From positions 40,192 to 104,191 of the IMG/VR virus record IMGVR_UViG_3300016476_001169: a stretch of 64,000 nt of DNA; one strand, 5' to 3'. The notes below the pieces were generated by a model. It saw only the letters and a list, made by a program, of their open reading frames with translations. It was not told the origin of the DNA and did not search any database. Made by a program: the position numbers and the translations under genes. This stretch comes from a virus. Positions 10,427 to 20,500 of this stretch are shown here, in pieces (the stretch's first letter is position 1; every line of letters begins with the position of its first letter).

Positions 10427-10452
10427 TTTTAGGGGGCCGAAGCCCCCTAAAA
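10427..10452 (-). terminator. nrdA terminator
   Basis: TTTTAGGGGGC-CGAA-GCCCCCTAAAA directly after nrdA stop. Confidence 0.85.
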
Positions 10453-10453
10453 A

Positions 10454-12904
10454 CTATGAACCGCAAGCCTCGCAGTCAGGATTATCAAGTGAACAGACTG
10501 CACTATTGAACTCATCTGGATTAAATTCCTTGATAGGCTCTGGCTTCTCAACTCTTTCAACCTTGTCAAGTGATTGCATACCAGAAGTATCAATTCCGAG
10601 GCCCTTAATTGCAGCAGCCTTTGGCTTGGTTCTGAGGTAATACATACCTGTCTTCAATCCAATCTTCCATCCATAAAAGTGTGCAGAAGAAAGCTTAGAC
10701 ATAGTTGGTTCTGCCATAAACATATTCAATGATTGAGATTGATCAATGAAATAGTTTCTATCTCTAGCCATGTCAAGGATGTTTTTACCCTTCATCTCCC
10801 ATACAGTCTTGTAAACTTCACGAATGTCTGCTGGAATCTCTTCAATGTTTTGAACTGAGCCATTGTCAATGATAAGTTTCATTCTGATGTTATCAGTCCA
10901 AAGACCATTATTGACCAAGTCTTCTACAAGATGCTTATTGACAATAGCATATTCACCACTAAGGGTATTTCTCTTGTAAAGATTTGCAGTGAATGGTTCA
11001 AAACATTCATTGTTACCAAGGATTTGTGCAGTAGAAGCAGTTGGCATTGGTGCAACTAACAAAGAGTTTCTTAAACCAACACTCTTGATTTCTTCCTTAA
11101 GGGCGTTAAAGTCCCAAAGGCCTGACAAATCATTTTCATTCAATCCCCAAAGATCATACTGTAATAGACCCTGCGATGCAGGAGATCCAGTGAATGTTTC
11201 ATAGGGGCCATGAATCTTAGCTAAATCCTTAGAAGCAGTAAGTGCTGCAAAGTAAATAGTTTCAAAGATATCCTTGTTCAACTTCTTTGCTTCATCTGAT
11301 TCAAATGGAAGACCCATAAGCGCAAATGTATCAGCAAGTCCTTGAACCCCAAGTCCAATTGGGCGATGTCGGAAATTAGACTTCTTTGTTTCAGGAGTAG
11401 GATAGAAGTTAATATCAATCACCTGATTAAGATTTACAGTTGCTTGGTATGTTACTTCATACAATCTCTGGAAATCAAACTTGCGGAGCTTTTTATCTTT
11501 CTCTCTAACTTTGCCTGATGGAATTACAACATACTTTGGAAGAGCAATCGAGGCCAAGTTACAAACAGCTGTTTCATCCTTGTCTGTATACTCCAAAATT
11601 TCTGTACAGAGGTTTGAAGACTTAATTGTACCAAGGTTCTTCTGATTGCTCTTATAATTTGCAGCATCCTTGTAAAGCATGTAGGGGGTACCAGTTTCTA
11701 CTTGACTGTCAAGTACCTTCTCCCAAAGTTCACGAGCCTTAATAGTCTTGAGAGCCTTGCCCTCTGCTTCATACTTTTCAAATAGTTCTGTGAAAGCTTT
11801 GCTCTCAGGACTATCATAAGCATCTATAAGGCCAGGAACTTCATTTGGAGAGAATAAGCTCCAGTTTCCGTCTTCTTCTACTCTCTTCATGAAAAGGTCT
11901 GGAATCCAAAGGGCTAAGAATAAGTCTCTAGCACGAAGTTCTTCCTTGCCATGATTCTTGCGAAGATCAAGAAAATCAAATACATCTGCATGCCATGGTT
12001 CGAGATAAACAGCGATGGAGCCCTTGCGCTTTCCACCACCCTGATCAACGTATCTTGCAGTCTCATTGAATACACGCAACATAGGAACGATGCCATTAGA
12101 TGTACCATTGGTCCCCTTAATGTATGAACCCTTCGCGCGAATTTTATGAATGTTGATGCCAATACCACCAGCATTTTGTGAAATAGCTGCACAGTCTGCA
12201 AGAGACTTATAGATTCCTGGGATAGAATCATCATCTACATCAATCAAGAAACAAGAAGAAAGCTGTGGGCGCTTTGTACCTGCATTAAACAATGTAGGAG
12301 TCGCATGAGTAAACAAACCTTGCGAAAGCATGTCATAGGTCTTTTGGACCATTTCAAGGTTGTCTCCCCAAATACCAACAGATACTCTCATGTACATGTG
12401 CTGAGGTGTTTCAGATGGCTTACCCTTCATTTTTAAAAGATAAGATTTCTCCAGAGTCTTGTATCCAAAGTAATCAAAATTAAAGTCACGATCATGAACA
12501 ATCATAGCATTTAATTCTGCACTGTGCTTTTCAATTGATGCATAGGTAGAATCAGAAATCAAACCAGCCTTTTCACCAGTCTTAGGATTAATGTATTCAT
12601 ACAAACTCTTAGCAACAACTGAAAATTCTTTAGGCACATCCTTATAAAGAGATGTAATTGCAATTCTTGCAGCAAGCTTCGCATAATCTGGATGTGTAGT
12701 AATCATAGATGCTGCTGTTTCGGCACTTAACTGATCCAATTCAGCACTGGAAACACCATCATACAAACCTGAAATTACCTTCTTGGCAACTTCAAAATAG
12801 TCAACATAATCTTCATTCAAGCCATAAGTCTGCTTTCTAATTCTAGAAGAAATCTTATCAAACTTAACTTGCTCTACTGTGCCATTTCTCTTTACTACAT
12901 TCAT
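10454..12904 (-). CDS. nrdA: ribonucleoside-diphosphate reductase class Ia alpha subunit with N-terminal ATP cone
   Basis: VVKRNG ATP cone, [40 protein letters not shown]-terminal CEACGS. Confidence 0.97.
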   Translation of the reverse strand: MNVVKRNGTVEQVKFDKISSRIRKQTYGLNEDYVDYFEVAKKVISGLYDGVSSAELDQLSAETAASMITTHPDYAKLAARIAITSLYKDVPKEFSVVAKSLYEYINPKTGEKAGLISDSTYASIEKHSAELNAMIVHDRDFNFDYFGYKTLEKSYLLKMKGKPSETPQHMYMRVSVGIWGDNLEMVQKTYDMLSQGLFTHATPTLFNAGTKRPQLSSCFLIDVDDDSIPGIYKSLADCAAISQNAGGIGINIHKIRAKGSYIKGTNGTSNGIVPMLRVFNETARYVDQGGGKRKGSIAVYLEPWHADVFDFLDLRKNHGKEELRARDLFLALWIPDLFMKRVEEDGNWSLFSPNEVPGLIDAYDSPESKAFTELFEKYEAEGKALKTIKARELWEKVLDSQVETGTPYMLYKDAANYKSNQKNLGTIKSSNLCTEILEYTDKDETAVCNLASIALPKYVVIPSGKVREKDKKLRKFDFQRLYEVTYQATVNLNQVIDINFYPTPETKKSNFRHRPIGLGVQGLADTFALMGLPFESDEAKKLNKDIFETIYFAALTASKDLAKIHGPYETFTGSPASQGLLQYDLWGLNENDLSGLWDFNALKEEIKSVGLRNSLLVAPMPTASTAQILGNNECFEPFTANLYKRNTLSGEYAIVNKHLVEDLVNNGLWTDNIRMKLIIDNGSVQNIEEIPADIREVYKTVWEMKGKNILDMARDRNYFIDQSQSLNMFMAEPTMSKLSSAHFYGWKIGLKTGMYYLRTKPKAAAIKGLGIDTSGMQSLDKVERVEKPEPIKEFNPDEFNSAVCSLDNPDCEACGS

Positions 12905-13864
12905 TTAAAAATCCTCATCTGTCGCAAATGACTTTTCTTCCTTAACGCCTACACCACTCTTGGAGTATTCACTTACACGCTTCTCAAAGAAGTTTGTCTT
13001 GTTTTCCATGGCAATATTCTTCATGAAATCGAATGGATTCTCAGAATTATAAATCTTGCCAACACCCAAATCAACAAGCAAGCGATCGGAAACATACTCT
13101 AAGTATTGCTTCATCAAATCAGAGTTCATACCAATCAAAGATACTGGCAATGATTCTGAAATAAATTCTTTCTCAATCTCAAGTGCCGAACCAATGATCT
13201 CAATTAGGCGATCTTTAGAAAGCTTGTTTTCAATGTGATTGTTATAAAGATGGACAGCAAAGTCTGTGTGCAAGCCTTCATCACGAGAAATAAGCTCATT
13301 GGAGAATGAAAGACCTGGCATCAAACCACGCTTCTTAAGCCAGAAGATAGAACAGAAAGAACCTGAAAAGAAGATACCTTCAACAGCTGCAAAAGCGATC
13401 AATCGCTCAACGAAAGATTCAGAACCAATCCACTTAAGGGCCCATTCAGCCTTCTTCTGTACAGCAGGGACTGTATCAATTGCGTTGAATAGGTGATTTT
13501 GCTCAGCCTTATCCTTGATGTATGTATCAATTAGAAGAGAATAAGTTTCAGAATGGATATTCTCCATCATGATCTGAAAACCATAGAAGAACTTAGCTTC
13601 TGTATATTGAACCTCAGATACAAAGTTTTCTGCAAGGTTCTCATTTACAATTCCATCGCTTGCAGCGAAGAATGCCAATACATGCTTTACAAAGTGCTTT
13701 TCGCCTTCATTTAGCTTTTCCCAGTCAGCCAAGTCTGCAGAAAGGTCAATCTCTTCTGCTGTCCAGAAGGAAGCTTCAGCCTTCTTGTAATAATTCCAAA
13801 TGTCATGATGCTGAAGTGGGAACAATACAAAACGGTTCTTATTCTCAACTAAAATCTTTTCCAT
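12905..13864 (-). CDS. nrdB: ribonucleoside-diphosphate reductase class Ia beta subunit
   Basis: [43 protein letters not shown]. Confidence 0.97.
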   Translation of the reverse strand: MEKILVENKNRFVLFPLQHHDIWNYYKKAEASFWTAEEIDLSADLADWEKLNEGEKHFVKHVLAFFAASDGIVNENLAENFVSEVQYTEAKFFYGFQIMMENIHSETYSLLIDTYIKDKAEQNHLFNAIDTVPAVQKKAEWALKWIGSESFVERLIAFAAVEGIFFSGSFCSIFWLKKRGLMPGLSFSNELISRDEGLHTDFAVHLYNNHIENKLSKDRLIEIIGSALEIEKEFISESLPVSLIGMNSDLMKQYLEYVSDRLLVDLGVGKIYNSENPFDFMKNIAMENKTNFFEKRVSEYSKSGVGVKEEKSFATDEDF

Positions 13865-14204
13865 TTACGTTTCTTTCTTAGGTATTTTGAATCTTATAAT
13901 TTTTACGGTAAGTTGAATAATACAACTAAAACAACACAATGCTTAACATGATTCAAAAATTTACATAATTTTATTTTATAAATTCTGGCAGCAATAGATG
14001 CCGCGTTTCTCAATAGAATTATGGTGCCAGAAAGAACTTTAAGGCACTTTTAGGCGATAAAAAAAGCCACCACCTAAAATAGCTTAGGTGTGACTAATTA
14101 AGGTACTTTGTAGTACCCTTTGCGCTTTAGAATCAGGTTAACAACAGACTTTATTTTACTAGTTTTGACACCATAGAACCTGTCTAAATTGTATTAAATT
14201 TTAA

Positions 14205-15095
14205 TTAATTTGAACCTTTGAGAGGCACTTCTGCATAAAAAATTTTTTGCCTACCCCAGTCAATTGATTCTGCTAAAATTTCTCCATTTGGCCCCACAAT
14301 TTGTGTATGTCCTTGGAAATACAAACCTGGTTTTAACCAGCCGCAGCAGTATGGCCTAACTATGGCTATTTGATTTTCTATACTTCTTTGAATTTGTGGG
14401 CTTTCTTTTTCTTTATCAAATGGATAATTAGGATAAGGCCTCCAACCGCCTGAAGGAGCAACTAAAAATTGGGCCCCTTTGTCACACATGGATTTAATGA
14501 AATTTGGATCATCTAAATCATAACAAATTACTACACCTATTTTAAATTCTTTAGTTTCAATAGGCTCATCTGAATTACCTGGTTTAACACCCCATGAAGT
14601 TTCAATAGGTACGAGTTTATTCTTGCAATAACTGCCTGCTACAAAGCCATTATCGTCAAACACATAGCAAACATTGTAAATGCCATTAAATTTTTTTTCA
14701 TAAATACTACCAGATACAATTACAACATTGTTTTCAAAAGCTATTTGTGAGAATACTCGTTTGACAATGTCTGTTATTCTAGATTGCGCCAGCCATTCAC
14801 CCATACCATTCAATTTTATTATTGAAAATAACCAATCTGAAAATCGCTCTAGCCAGTTTTTTAAACCGAGGGGCTGAAAGGTTAATTCGTTCCCGTTTCT
14901 TATTTGCTGTATTCGATAGCTTTCTTTAGCCCAGGCTAGACAAAAACCAAGATCTTCTGGGAAAACAACAACTTGAGCCCCATTTTTAACAGCTTCTTTG
15001 GTAAGATTATTAATCAGATTGAAAAACTGTTTTTCATTCTTGCATTGAACCAAATCTAATTGAACCGCAGCAACTTTGATTTTCATTTTATTCAC
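14205..15095 (-). CDS. carbon-nitrogen hydrolase (nitrilase superfamily)
   Basis: VAAVQ, VVFPE, K in YCKNKL, ICYD nucleophile motif (E-K-C triad). Confidence 0.85.
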   Translation of the reverse strand: MNKMKIKVAAVQLDLVQCKNEKQFFNLINNLTKEAVKNGAQVVVFPEDLGFCLAWAKESYRIQQIRNGNELTFQPLGLKNWLERFSDWLFSIIKLNGMGEWLAQSRITDIVKRVFSQIAFENNVVIVSGSIYEKKFNGIYNVCYVFDDNGFVAGSYCKNKLVPIETSWGVKPGNSDEPIETKEFKIGVVICYDLDDPNFIKSMCDKGAQFLVAPSGGWRPYPNYPFDKEKESPQIQRSIENQIAIVRPYCCGWLKPGLYFQGHTQIVGPNGEILAESIDWGRQKIFYAEVPLKGSN

Positions 15096-17447
15096 CTAAA
15101 AAAATGTAATTGTAGGATGTCTTCTTGGCGTTGGCTGATTGCCATAGGTTTGAACTGCACCAATGTCGAGTTTCTGGCTTGAGGTAGTGCCTGGAAAATT
15201 AGTAGGATATGCTATACCAACCAAAGCAGAACCACTGCCAGTTGTTGTATTTAAAGTAAAATCTACATAATCAACGCCTAAATGAACATAAGGGGATGAT
15301 GTTAATAAAATTTCATCTGTTTGATATAAATAGGGTGGGTTTGACTCAAAAGTATTACCAGCGTTGTTATAGTATGCATTTCTTATAACTTTGGCCATTG
15401 AAAACGAAAGTGGAAAATCACCATCGGCAAGAATCCCATGGTCGCCGCCATTTGTAAATAAACTATTACTAATAATAAAACGCCCGGATGGATAAACTTT
15501 AACCCCGGATTTTGAACATTGATTGGCAGTTATAAAATTAATTCTTAAGTCAGTGCATTCTTGGGCGATAATCCCATTGCCATGGCTGGTCAAAGAACCG
15601 CTAACATCATGAATGATAGTATGATCGACTCTCAAGCTCAATTGGTAGCCATAAATTCCAACACCAACTATATTATCAAAAACACATCCGCTAATAGTTA
15701 CATGATTTGCAGAATCTGCATAGAAGCCAGCGGATGTAGTGTTTGCACCTACGATGTGGCTTATACGGCTGTTCTCAATCCAAATTGCTTGCTGGTTTCC
15801 CGATCCTAATACTATGCCGCTATCTAAAGAATTGTGAAGCCAACAGTGTGAAATTAAAAAACTTTTATCTGTTGTTGATACTAATTTTTCAGCAAAATAA
15901 TTTCCATCTATTTCTATATTTAAAACTTGCAAATCATGCTCTCTAATAAACAAAGCGCCAAGACCAGCCATGGAAAATTGAAGGGGATCTACAGTGTCAT
16001 CAACTAATAAAATGGGTTTCTCGCCCAAATCATAGTGAAATACTTCATAACCAGAGAGAGACAAATCCCAAAGCTCAAGCGGTGACGTCAATACATACGT
16101 TCCAGATTGTACATGAGCTATGCCTCCAATGTTATAGAGCTCTGCGCCCTCAGATAATGCATAAAGATTGTTAACAGCACCACCAATTACACCATAGCCA
16201 CCAGTAGCACCATCTTCTGCAACGTATAAATCTGAAGCTATGACTGCGGCTTGACCATTCGTTACATTTAAAATCTCGAAACGATGGTCCCCTTTATTAA
16301 CTATAAAACTAGAATAATCGCCATCGCCCCAAGCTGAAGCTGAATTCCAAGCAGCATCTATTGCGACTGCGATGCCAGTATCTACATTTGACCATGAAGA
16401 GAGGCCTGAGTTGTACACAAACAAATGGTGATCATTTAAATTCTGAAAACCAGTAGATACTTTTCTGCCGATTTTAATATAATCGGTTAAGCTTGGAGTA
16501 CCATCTAAATAAAATACAATCCAATATCTTCCTGGGGCCAAAGTTGAATTGATACTTACACTAACCCAATCAGGACTTGCTGATAATGTAGCTGCGCCAA
16601 CAACGCCAAAATCTATAACTGTGCCAGATGGAACTCCTGCATTATCATCTCTAAGTTCAATGTAAATGTCACCCACTGGAGAACCCTGAGCCCACATGAC
16701 TATCGACAATTGCTTGAAAGTTTTAGTTGAATCAATGTCAAACCAAGCGGCCATTGGCTCAGTTGAAGTCTTTGCCATTTCAGTGATTGTGGTGTTGCTA
16801 ACCAAGCTTGCGGAGCGGCTTTTGAAACCTATGTGATTATTTTGAACATAAATAAAATTACCTATGTCGTCTGAAATAAAATCTCTTGTTGGGCTTGAAA
16901 GAAACTTCATAGTTCCTTTGTAAGGTAAATTTGTTATTTGCTGGAAAGATGTACTAAAAGTATTTAAAGTTAAATCTACACCAAGATTTGTTGCAACTGC
17001 ACCACCACCATAATTTTGGAATTGTCCAAAAGCAATTGAACTTGCGAGGGGCCTCAAAAATACTTGATAATGTTCATAAGGGTAGCCTGGCCCTACTGGC
17101 GAGGTAATAATAAGCCTAGCATTATTTGGTATAAAGTCAGCTGTTTCAACCATTTCGCTTGACGCAACAACTTCACCATCGCCACCAATAACAACAAAAC
17201 GGATGCCTATCCAATAAGTGTCTCCTGCAAAAGACCCCATGCCTGGCATAATGGTATAAGAAGCGTAATCTGGCTTGTAAGGCGATACTGGTTGGTTTAA
17301 TTCTAAATCATTGATGACAACTGTTTGGTAAGTGGTACCATAAGAATAATTGGGGCCAGCATTTGGGTTAAAAGGATTAAACGCAGAACCAGCCTCTTGG
17401 CTGCCTGTCGTTTTCACTTCCCATTCTATGCTGTGATTAATAGCCAT
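15096..17447 (-). CDS. putative tail spike / virion protein with right-handed beta-helix region
   Basis: 783 aa; C-terminal GI...I.N repeats and DIGAVQ ending; next to tail fibre. Confidence 0.6.
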   Translation of the reverse strand: MAINHSIEWEVKTTGSQEAGSAFNPFNPNAGPNYSYGTTYQTVVINDLELNQPVSPYKPDYASYTIMPGMGSFAGDTYWIGIRFVVIGGDGEVVASSEMVETADFIPNNARLIITSPVGPGYPYEHYQVFLRPLASSIAFGQFQNYGGGAVATNLGVDLTLNTFSTSFQQITNLPYKGTMKFLSSPTRDFISDDIGNFIYVQNNHIGFKSRSASLVSNTTITEMAKTSTEPMAAWFDIDSTKTFKQLSIVMWAQGSPVGDIYIELRDDNAGVPSGTVIDFGVVGAATLSASPDWVSVSINSTLAPGRYWIVFYLDGTPSLTDYIKIGRKVSTGFQNLNDHHLFVYNSGLSSWSNVDTGIAVAIDAAWNSASAWGDGDYSSFIVNKGDHRFEILNVTNGQAAVIASDLYVAEDGATGGYGVIGGAVNNLYALSEGAELYNIGGIAHVQSGTYVLTSPLELWDLSLSGYEVFHYDLGEKPILLVDDTVDPLQFSMAGLGALFIREHDLQVLNIEIDGNYFAEKLVSTTDKSFLISHCWLHNSLDSGIVLGSGNQQAIWIENSRISHIVGANTTSAGFYADSANHVTISGCVFDNIVGVGIYGYQLSLRVDHTIIHDVSGSLTSHGNGIIAQECTDLRINFITANQCSKSGVKVYPSGRFIISNSLFTNGGDHGILADGDFPLSFSMAKVIRNAYYNNAGNTFESNPPYLYQTDEILLTSSPYVHLGVDYVDFTLNTTTGSGSALVGIAYPTNFPGTTSSQKLDIGAVQTYGNQPTPRRHPTITFF

Positions 17448-17532
17448 TATCTACCAATTTCCGCAATCTTGATTGCTGCTGTTATGTCTTTAACTTGTAA
17501 ATCAATATTTATCATAATGTTATACCTTAAAG

Positions 17533-20500
17533 CTAAAATTCAGTATCACAACTGACTTTCCATTGCCCGTAAGCATCACCAGCGGTGGTCACTGATGTTA
17601 TGAATCTAAAACTATCACCTCTAAAATTGGAAGAGTCTACAGTTAAAGATCCCAAATTTACACTTTCATCAGTACTCAACACTGTTAGAACAGGTGAGCT
17701 AATGGGTCTGGCAGCAGTATTTAAATAAGCACTTCCTCTAAGGCCGCCTCCAGTAGTATTGTATCCACCTGTCCTTACTTCAGTGATTTGATAATATCTT
17801 TGACATAAAGAAAATTCATGACCATAATTTCTTCTTTCATAAGGTGTAGCTACTGAGCCTATTTCTACTTGGATACCTGTTAAATATAAAGTAGCGTTTA
17901 ATGTACCAATTAAATTAACTAATGAACCACTTGGCCCATGATAATTTGCTGATGCCCAAGTAGATGCTGTTCCTTGAAATGTACTTCCATTAGCAATTAC
18001 AAAAATAAATTCGATACCATTTAAGTGATCATTAGTCCACGTTCCTGATGTGTCTCCTGGAATAACTATTGTTTTCTTTTCCCAAGTGTTAGAAGCACTT
18101 ATTGTGTAAGTAAAAGGATAACTTCTATTAAATGTACCATGGTTGCGAACTGAACCACCAAATGTACCTGTTAAGCTGCTATAAGCCCAAAAAGACAATG
18201 TGACAGTTTTGGCGTTAGCTGTACCCCATTGAAAATCAATAGTATTAGTTCCTTCGATAACATGTGATAAGAAATTATAATCACCAGCACCCGGAGAAGT
18301 TGTAGTAGTAGTTTTCATGCCTATGTAAGAAATGAATCCATCAGGAGAAGCAACTCCACCATAATTTTTACCAACAGTTAATCTTCCAGACCCATTAATG
18401 TTCATCTTCCATCGGTCAATAAAATTGGAAGTACTTGATGGAGTTGTGGATGCCGCACTATTTCTTTGATCTATGTTTCCATCACCATTAATAATTCTAT
18501 TTCTAAACCCTGTATTGTAAGCAGTGATTGCATTTGAATTTTGATAAAGATTACCACCTACATACAGAGATTGCCCAATACCAGCACCACCCGAAACCAC
18601 CAAAGCGCCTGTCGTTGATGAAGTAGAAGCTGTTGTAGCTGCAATTGTAGTTTTACCACTGTAATCTACTTTAAAAATACTAGAGCCAAAGTTTTGTAAA
18701 TCAATTTGATTACCAACAAAACTAGTCGCTGTATTAACAGCGATAATTGTTCCACTTGTAGATCCAGTAAAGTCGCCCAAGGCTGGAGTTTCTGCAGTAA
18801 AGGCTGAACCAATTTGCAAAACAGCACTTATTGATGTTGCAGTAGGCGTTGCAGACAAATTAAATGAATTATTTGTGGTATTCCAAGATGCATAAGTAGC
18901 TCCCCCGAAAGAACTAGCATTATTAAATTGAATTTGCCCATTGCTGCCTGCCGGAGAGCCTCCCGATACTGTCGCCCAAGTTTGGTCGCCTCTTAAAAAA
19001 GTTGTTGTTGTGGCTGTGCCTGTGGCAAGTCGGGCTGTTGCAATTGTTCCTGATGTAATCTTGGATGCATCTAAACTTGGTATGTCAGCTGCAACCAATG
19101 CCCTAAATGCGGGCGTAGTCGCTGAACCTGTTGTGGGGCCCGCTAATACATAATTAGCAGAAGTTGCTGCCAGGGTGGCTGTCAATGTCCCAGTTGTAGT
19201 GACTGTAGAAGTTGAAACAGTGAATATATTTGGCAAGCTTAATCCAACGCTTGTTACACCTGTATTCGAAAGAGTGCCACCAGAAAAACTTAAACCTGTA
19301 GAAACTGTAGCATTACTAAAACCCCCAGCATTGTTTCCATATAATAAAGAAGAACCAGTAGTTTGCGGGGCGTAATTCAATGAAGGTATGTCAGCCGCAA
19401 CTAAAGCTCTGAAAGCAGGCGTTGTAGCCGACCCAGTCGTTGGTCCTGCGAATACATAATTGGCAGAAGTTGTAGACAAAGTGGCTGTTAATGTTCCAGT
19501 TGTCGTAACTGTAGAAGTTGAAATTGTAAAGATGTTTGGCAAACTTAAACCAACACTTGTCACACCTGTGTTAGATAAAGTTCCCCCAGAAAAACTTAAA
19601 CCTGTAGAAACTGTAACATTGCTAAAACCACCAGCATTGTTGCCGTATAAAATAGATGTTCCTGTTGTTTGTGGAGCGTAATTCAATGAAGGTATGTCTG
19701 CTGCGACCAAGGCTCTAAATGCAGGAGTCGTAGCCGAACCTGTTGTGGGGCCTGCAAATACATAGTTAGCAGAAGTTGTTGAAAGAGTTGCTGTTAATGT
19801 TCCAGTTGTAGTAACTGTTGAAGTTGAAAGAGTGAAAATATTTGGCAAACTTAAGCCTACACTGGTTACACCAGTATTAGATAAAGTTCCACCTGAAAAA
19901 CTCAAACCTGTAGAAACTGTAACATTACTAAAGCCACCAGCATTGTTGCCATATAATAAAGAGGCCCCTGATGTTGGAGGTGCATAATCCACGCCAGAAG
20001 AAGCTGCTGTAAAGGCAGATGTTCCAGAGCCTTTTACCAGACCCGTGATAGAAGAAGTACCTGTACCACCACGAGATACAGAAAGCTCTCCAGACCATGT
20101 TATTGTATGAGTATTCGCGACACTACTACTAACAACAGTAACATTAGTGTCATTGACAAATGTTTGTGTACTACCAGTAACAGTGTTTAATGATGTAATA
20201 CCAGAAGATCCTGGACTTGCAGCTGAAATGGTGATTGAGTTTGTGCCATGAGTAATGGTTACATTTGAACCAGCAGTTAAAGTTTTATATTCTAAACCAG
20301 AAGCGCCATTGTTTACACCCAATAAGGAATTTGAAGTGCCTAATGTCCCTAAACCTGTTCCGCCACGGGATGTGCCTAACTCTCCAGACCATGTTATTGT
20401 ATGAGTATTCGCGACACTACTACTAACAACAGTAACATTAGTGTCATTGACAAATGTTTGTGTGCTTCCAGTAACAGTGTTTAACGATGTGATGCCAGAA

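Noticed and set aside
10454-13864. Introns or inteins in nrdA/nrdB
   Set aside because: Both ORFs are continuous and of normal length.
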